Below are positions 59,464 through 64,000 of a stretch of 64,000 nucleotides of DNA, in pieces. The DNA is taken from positions 177,995 through 241,994 of the forward strand of contig CAWGKG010000007.1 in the NCBI GenBank assembly GCA_963823035.1, read 5' to 3'. This DNA is from an uncultured Gemmatimonadales bacterium (GTDB lineage Bacteria; Gemmatimonadota; Gemmatimonadetes; Longimicrobiales; Gaopeijiaceae). The notes below the pieces were generated by a model. That model was not told the origin of the DNA and made no database searches. It worked only from the letters and a program-made list of their open reading frames with translations. The position numbers were made by a program, and so were the translations under genes. Numbering within the stretch: position 1 is the first letter of the stretch; every line of letters begins with the position of its first letter.

Positions 59464-60506
59464 ATGTCGCTGTCGCTCCTGGCCGCTCTGGCCTGCGGCT
59501 CCGACGCGACCGGCCCGGAGGCTCGCTATCCGGAGGCGGCGGCGCACGACATCGACGCCGAGCTTCTCGACCAGGCGTACGCCCGAGCGCGCGAGACATC
59601 CGGCATCCGCAGCCTCCTCGTGCAACGCGACGGCGTGCTCATCGCGGAGGAGTACTTCCAGGGCGCCGCCAGCGACTCGCTCTACCAGGTCTGGTCGGTC
59701 ACGAAGACCATCACGTCCATCCTCGCCGGGATCGCGCTGGAGCGTGGAGAGCTGACGAGCCTGGACCAGACGCTGGCCGACTTCCTCCGGCCCGTGGCGG
59801 ACAGCCTCCCCGACGACAAAGGGGCGATCAGCATCCGCAACCTCCTGACATGACGTGCGGCCTGGCGTGGCACGAGCTCGACGGCGGCGACGACTACAGC
59901 CGCTGGGTTTCGTCGCCGGACATGGTCCAGTACGTGATCGACCTGCCGTGGGAGCATCATCCCGGCGAGGTGTTCCACTACCATACCGGCTGCACGCATC
60001 TCCTCGCAGTGGTCCTCGCCGAGGCGACCGGCACGCCCATGCTGGACTTCGCGCGCGCCCACCTTTTCGGGCCCCTGGGCATCGACCAGGTCGAGTGGTG
60101 GCAGGACGAGCGCGGCTATTACACGGGGGGGATGGGGATCTTCCTGCGCCCGAAGGACATGCTGAAGATCGGCCAGCTCTTCCTGCGGGGGGGCGTCTGG
60201 GAAGGCACGCGCGTCCTCTCCGCCGACTGGATCCTGGAGTCCACGGCATCCCACGTCTCGACGGGCAACGCCGTCCCCTTCGGGTCCGAGTACGGCTACC
60301 TATGGTGGGTCGGCCACGGACAGGGACGTGACTTCTACTTCGCCAACGGATACGGTGGGCAGTTCATCGTCGTGGCGCCGGACCTCGACCTCGTGATCGT
60401 GGCGACGAGCACGTGGCGTGGCATGACGTGGGACGAGGCCGGCACGCAGTGGGGCGGCGTCCTCGGCGTAGTCGTGAACGGCGTGCTCGCCTCGGTTCAG
60501 CCCTGA
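59464..60506 (+). CDS. Serine hydrolase (AmpC/NylB-like) lipoprotein (frameshift near 59849)
   Basis: Lipobox ALAC, SVTK, YHT, DMLKIG, YGYLWW, ANGYGGQ; start uncertain. Confidence 0.82.
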
Positions 60507-60780
60507 CGGGATGGAGCCGCCGCCCCGGTTGTCGTAGACGTCGAAGAGGTCGGCATGGACCTCGAGCGTGCCGCTGCGAACGTCGAAGGCACGCGTGAGA
60601 CACGTTGGCCCGCCCGGGCTCGTGGAGCTCCAGCCCGTGCAGGCGAACCATGACTTCACGGTCCAGGCTCCCGCGCCCACGTCGCCTTCGAGGTGGATGA
60701 CCAGGGCGTCCGCGGCGCGTTCATCCTGCATGACGGCGCGCCCGTCGAATTCCCGGAGATCGCCGCGCCCGATTCCGCGC
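60503..60780 (-). pseudogene. Possible gene fragment of unknown function
   Basis: Coding-like G/C-ending codons (EFDGRAVMQDERAADALVIHLEGDVG..LEVHADLFDVYDN) without clean start or stop. Confidence 0.3.
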
Positions 60781-60795
60781 CGCGGTGACCCGCTC

Positions 60796-63561
60796 CTACT
60801 CCTGCCGGAGCGAGACCATCGGGTCGATGCGCGCCGCCCGGCGCGCCGGCACCAGGCTCGCGAGCGTGGCGGTCACAAGGAGCAGCGCGATGCCCGCCAG
60901 CATCGAGACGGGATCGGCCGGGCCCACACCGACGAGGACGCCGCGAAGGAGCCGCGCGCACGGGACGAGCACCAGGAGCCCGACGGCCAGTCCGGTCAGC
61001 GCGTGCCACAGGCCGTGGCGTACCATGCTTCCCACCACCTGTGCGCCACCCGCGCCGACGGCGCGGCGGATGGCGATCTCGCGCGTGCGCTGGGCGACCG
61101 CGAAGGACACGAGCCCATAGACGCCGATGAGGGCCAGGAAGAGGCCGAACGCGCCGCCCCAGCCGAGCATCTTCGAGACGACCCGGAGGTGGATGAACTG
61201 AATGGAGAGCTGGCTCTCGTACGTGGCCGGCGGCAGCACCGGAGTCTCGCCCGGAGCCAGGTCCACCCGTGCACGCAACGCGAGAACCATCGCTTCCGCA
61301 CTCGCGCCTTTCACCACCACCGTCACCGTTCGGGACGGATCCTGGTAGAGGGACGTCCACACGTACGGCGAGGGTGGATCGTCGACATCGATGTAGCGTC
61401 CGTCCTCGGCGACCCCGACGACCTGGACGACCCGAGGCTTCGTCGCCTCCGCCCGGGGCGACCGGTCGACCAGCGTGAACGACCGACCGAGGGCGTCCTC
61501 GCCGGGCCAGTAGCTGCGCGCGAACGTCTCGTTGACCACCGCGACCGGGGCGGCCCCCTCGCGGTCTCCCTCGACAAGGCTCCGCCCGCGCAGGATCGGT
61601 ACGTGCAGCAACTCCAGGTAACCCGGCGTCACGGCGTTGCGGAATGCGCTCCGGCCCCCCTCGGGCTCGCCGGGCGCTCCCGTGCGAACGGCCACCCCGC
61701 CGTTCATCTGGAGGAAGGTCAGCTCGAGACCGCTGGACAAGGCGGCGCCCGTGGCCCCTGGTGCCGCCGCCACGCGGGCCACCATCTCCTGGTAGAACGG
61801 AGCCGCGTCCTCCAGCCGCAGTGCTTCCGGCACCGACTTCGTGGTGACCGCGATCCCCGACGGGTCCAACCCCAGGTCGAGGTGGGTAGCACGGTCCAGC
61901 GACCTCAGGAAGAGCCCCGCACCGACAACGAGGACCAGCGCGGCGGCGAACTGCACGCTCACCAGGACGCTGCCCGGGCGAAGCTTGCCGCCCGGGCGTC
62001 CCCACGAGGTCCGCCCTTCCTTGAGGGCGGGGACGAGAGCCGCACGGGAGACGCGCCATGCGGGAAGCATGCTGAAGATCGCGCTCGTGACCAGCGCCAC
62101 CGCGAACACGAAGACGTACACGCGCGCGCCAGGGTCCAGGTCGAGTCGAATCGGCACGTTGATGGGCAGGCTGAGCGATCGCAGGGCAGCCATGGCCGCT
62201 TCCGCCACCCCCAGTCCGAGGAGCCCGGCGGCGAGGCCGAGGAGAAGGCCCTCCGCGAAGAGCATGCGCACGATCTGGATGCGCTTCGCGCCCAGCGCCA
62301 GACGCAGCGCGACCTCTCGACCACGGCGCACCGCACGCACCAGGAAGAGGCTCGTCACGTTCGCGCAGGCGATCAGGAGGATGAGCCCCGCGACCGCGTA
62401 GAAGAACACGGCCACGCCGGCCAGCGCCGTGCGGGCGCCGGGATTCATCCGCGAATCACGTTCCGCCACGGCCGAGAAGGCGCGCAGTCGCCCGTGTTCG
62501 TCCGTCCACGCCTCAGGGTCATCGCGCGCGAGTCGGTCGCCGATGACGCTGAGCTGCACGCGCAGCGTCGCGATGTCCGCGCCGTCGCGCAGACGGCCGA
62601 GGACCGCGTAGTCGCGACTTCCCCGCGCCCGCAGCACCTCCTCCGTCCGGCGCACCTGGGGCGCGCCCAGGGGCACCCAGATATCGGGCCGGACCGGCAC
62701 CGCGACGCGTCGGCTGAGGACGCCCTCGGGCGCGACGCCCACCACGGTCAGCGGTCGTCCGTTCACCCGGAGGGTCCGACCCACGATCGCCGGGTCGGCG
62801 CCGAAGCGGTCCTTCCAGAGACCGAAGCCGATGATGCCCACTGACGCATCCGCGTCGATGGCACCCTCCTCCGGCGCGAATGCCCGACCGAGAATCGGCC
62901 GGATGCCGGTGAGGGCGAAGTAGTTGCCGCTGACCACCTCGGCGAGGACCGGGCGCGTGTCGCCGTCCTCGTCGATGGACAGGAGCTTCACGGTCGCCGC
63001 GGCGACGCCTGCGAGGGCGTTCGCGGATCGCAGGTCCTCGAAGTCGGCGAAGGAGGTGCTGCCGTAGGCCTCCCCGTCCTCGTCGCTCGTGTACAGCGTG
63101 ACGAGCCGCCCCGGATCCCGCAGCCAGGGCGCGGGAGGGTGCAGCACGCCGTCCGCCACGGTGAACACGGTCGCCACGGCGCCCAGCCCCACCCCCAGCG
63201 AAAGCACCGTGACGAGCACCGTGAGCGGTGAGCGGGCCAGCATCCTGACCGCGTACCGGACGTCGCTCGTGAAGTTCTGCGCGCTCATCCTCCACCCCCC
63301 TCCCCTGTCGGGCCGCAGGGCCCGGGTCGTATCCCTCGCTCTCCACCCACGCCGCACCCGCCCCAACCAGGCCGGGAGTACCGACTTGAGCACCTGACCC
63401 CGATACCACCGACGCGCGCCTCCGGCGCCCACCCGAGCGACACGCGCCTCGAACTCCTCCTCCAGGTCCGCGAGCGCGTAGCGTCGGTCGGCGGGTGGCA
63501 GCGAGAGCGCGAGCAAGGCACGTGCGATCTTCGGTGGGACCGCCGCGGGTCCGCGGCTCAT
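60796..63561 (-). CDS. ADOP-family duplicated ABC permease (orphan)
   Basis: LPPADR..LADLEEEF prefix, SDVRYAVRML, IACANV, RTREIAIRRAVGA, PARRAARIDPMVSLRQE. Confidence 0.92.
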   Translation of the reverse strand: MSRGPAAVPPKIARALLALSLPPADRRYALADLEEEFEARVARVGAGGARRWYRGQVLKSVLPAWLGRVRRGWRARDTTRALRPDRGGGWRMSAQNFTSDVRYAVRMLARSPLTVLVTVLSLGVGLGAVATVFTVADGVLHPPAPWLRDPGRLVTLYTSDEDGEAYGSTSFADFEDLRSANALAGVAAATVKLLSIDEDGDTRPVLAEVVSGNYFALTGIRPILGRAFAPEEGAIDADASVGIIGFGLWKDRFGADPAIVGRTLRVNGRPLTVVGVAPEGVLSRRVAVPVRPDIWVPLGAPQVRRTEEVLRARGSRDYAVLGRLRDGADIATLRVQLSVIGDRLARDDPEAWTDEHGRLRAFSAVAERDSRMNPGARTALAGVAVFFYAVAGLILLIACANVTSLFLVRAVRRGREVALRLALGAKRIQIVRMLFAEGLLLGLAAGLLGLGVAEAAMAALRSLSLPINVPIRLDLDPGARVYVFVFAVALVTSAIFSMLPAWRVSRAALVPALKEGRTSWGRPGGKLRPGSVLVSVQFAAALVLVVGAGLFLRSLDRATHLDLGLDPSGIAVTTKSVPEALRLEDAAPFYQEMVARVAAAPGATGAALSSGLELTFLQMNGGVAVRTGAPGEPEGGRSAFRNAVTPGYLELLHVPILRGRSLVEGDREGAAPVAVVNETFARSYWPGEDALGRSFTLVDRSPRAEATKPRVVQVVGVAEDGRYIDVDDPPSPYVWTSLYQDPSRTVTVVVKGASAEAMVLALRARVDLAPGETPVLPPATYESQLSIQFIHLRVVSKMLGWGGAFGLFLALIGVYGLVSFAVAQRTREIAIRRAVGAGGAQVVGSMVRHGLWHALTGLAVGLLVLVPCARLLRGVLVGVGPADPVSMLAGIALLLVTATLASLVPARRAARIDPMVSLRQE

Positions 63562-63899
63562 CCGCCGTCTTCCGCGCCGTGGGTCGCCCATCGAACCCCT
63601 TCGATCATGCGCTGCAGCATGTGCGCGGAATGACGTGTCGCCTCTTCCCCGGCGGCGGTGAGCCGGCAGTACTTCCGCGGTCGGCCGCGCTGGCCCGGCT
63701 CGGGGTCCGCCGGGCTCACCGTCACCATCCCCTTGTCCTCGAGGCGCGACAAGGTGGCGTACAGCGCGCCGATCGAGACGGGTCTGCCCGTGCGGCTCTC
63801 GATCTCGCGCAGCATCGCCGCACCGTAGGCCTCGTCGCCCAGGCGGGCGACGGCGAGCGTCACGTACAGCTCGAACTCAGCGAGGAACCTTCCGGTCAT
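63558..63899 (-). CDS. PadR family regulator
   Basis: LAEFE..LAVARLGDEAYG, SIGALYATLSRLEDKG, RGRPRKY. Confidence 0.92.
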   Translation of the reverse strand: MTGRFLAEFELYVTLAVARLGDEAYGAAMLREIESRTGRPVSIGALYATLSRLEDKGMVTVSPADPEPGQRGRPRKYCRLTAAGEEATRHSAHMLQRMIEGVRWATHGAEDGG

Positions 63900-63930
63900 G
63901 ATGAGATCCGGGCGCAGGACATGTTTTGTC

Positions 63931-63944
63931 TACATCCGAATGTA
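63931..63944. promoter_or_regulatory. Palindrome upstream of PadR
   Basis: TACAT-CCGA-ATGTA in an AT-rich patch. Confidence 0.5.
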
Positions 63945-64000
63945 ATGACACACCGGTCCGTTCGGGAGGGCACGCGCTCGAGTACCCGGCCGAACCGGAG

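Noticed and set aside
59845..59856. In-frame TGA as selenocysteine
   Set aside because: Adding one base restores the LLTM motif seen in the paralog, and the downstream sequence is in another frame

Overview
High-GC bacterial chromosomal window, gene-dense, with no rRNA, tRNA, CRISPR array or mobile element recognisable by eye. The repeated PadR + orphan duplicated-permease (ADOP) modules suggest Gemmatimonadota or Acidobacteriota; this is an inference. About 14 small indels split or falsely fuse otherwise intact genes, which points to long-read consensus errors, so most breaks are not called as pseudogenes. Main content: (1) a split SOS mutasome, with imuB-DUF6504-like-recX at 4.8-7.2 kb and dnaE2 at 35.8-39.3 kb. 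Both promoters carry the same TTCGG-N6-TTCGG direct repeat in identical register over the -10 box (candidate SOS operator), and both genes contain a short patch of A/T-ending codons near the 3' end. (2) A TetR-controlled LolA-like/ABC/outer-membrane operon. (3) A two-component system + TonB receptor + 7TM protein locus. (4) An aminotransferase + divergent transketolase pair. (5) A sigma54-linked locus with an 11-heme c/cytochrome b quinol oxidoreductase-like protein and a 13-heme lipoprotein cytochrome. (6) Three PadR-ADOP modules, one decayed ADOP and a PadR-HAAS-ExbB-like-serine hydrolase module, each PadR with its own palindrome. (7) Secreted peptidases (M19, M1, cyanophycinase-like) and housekeeping genes (mmuM, ybdK-like, gltA).
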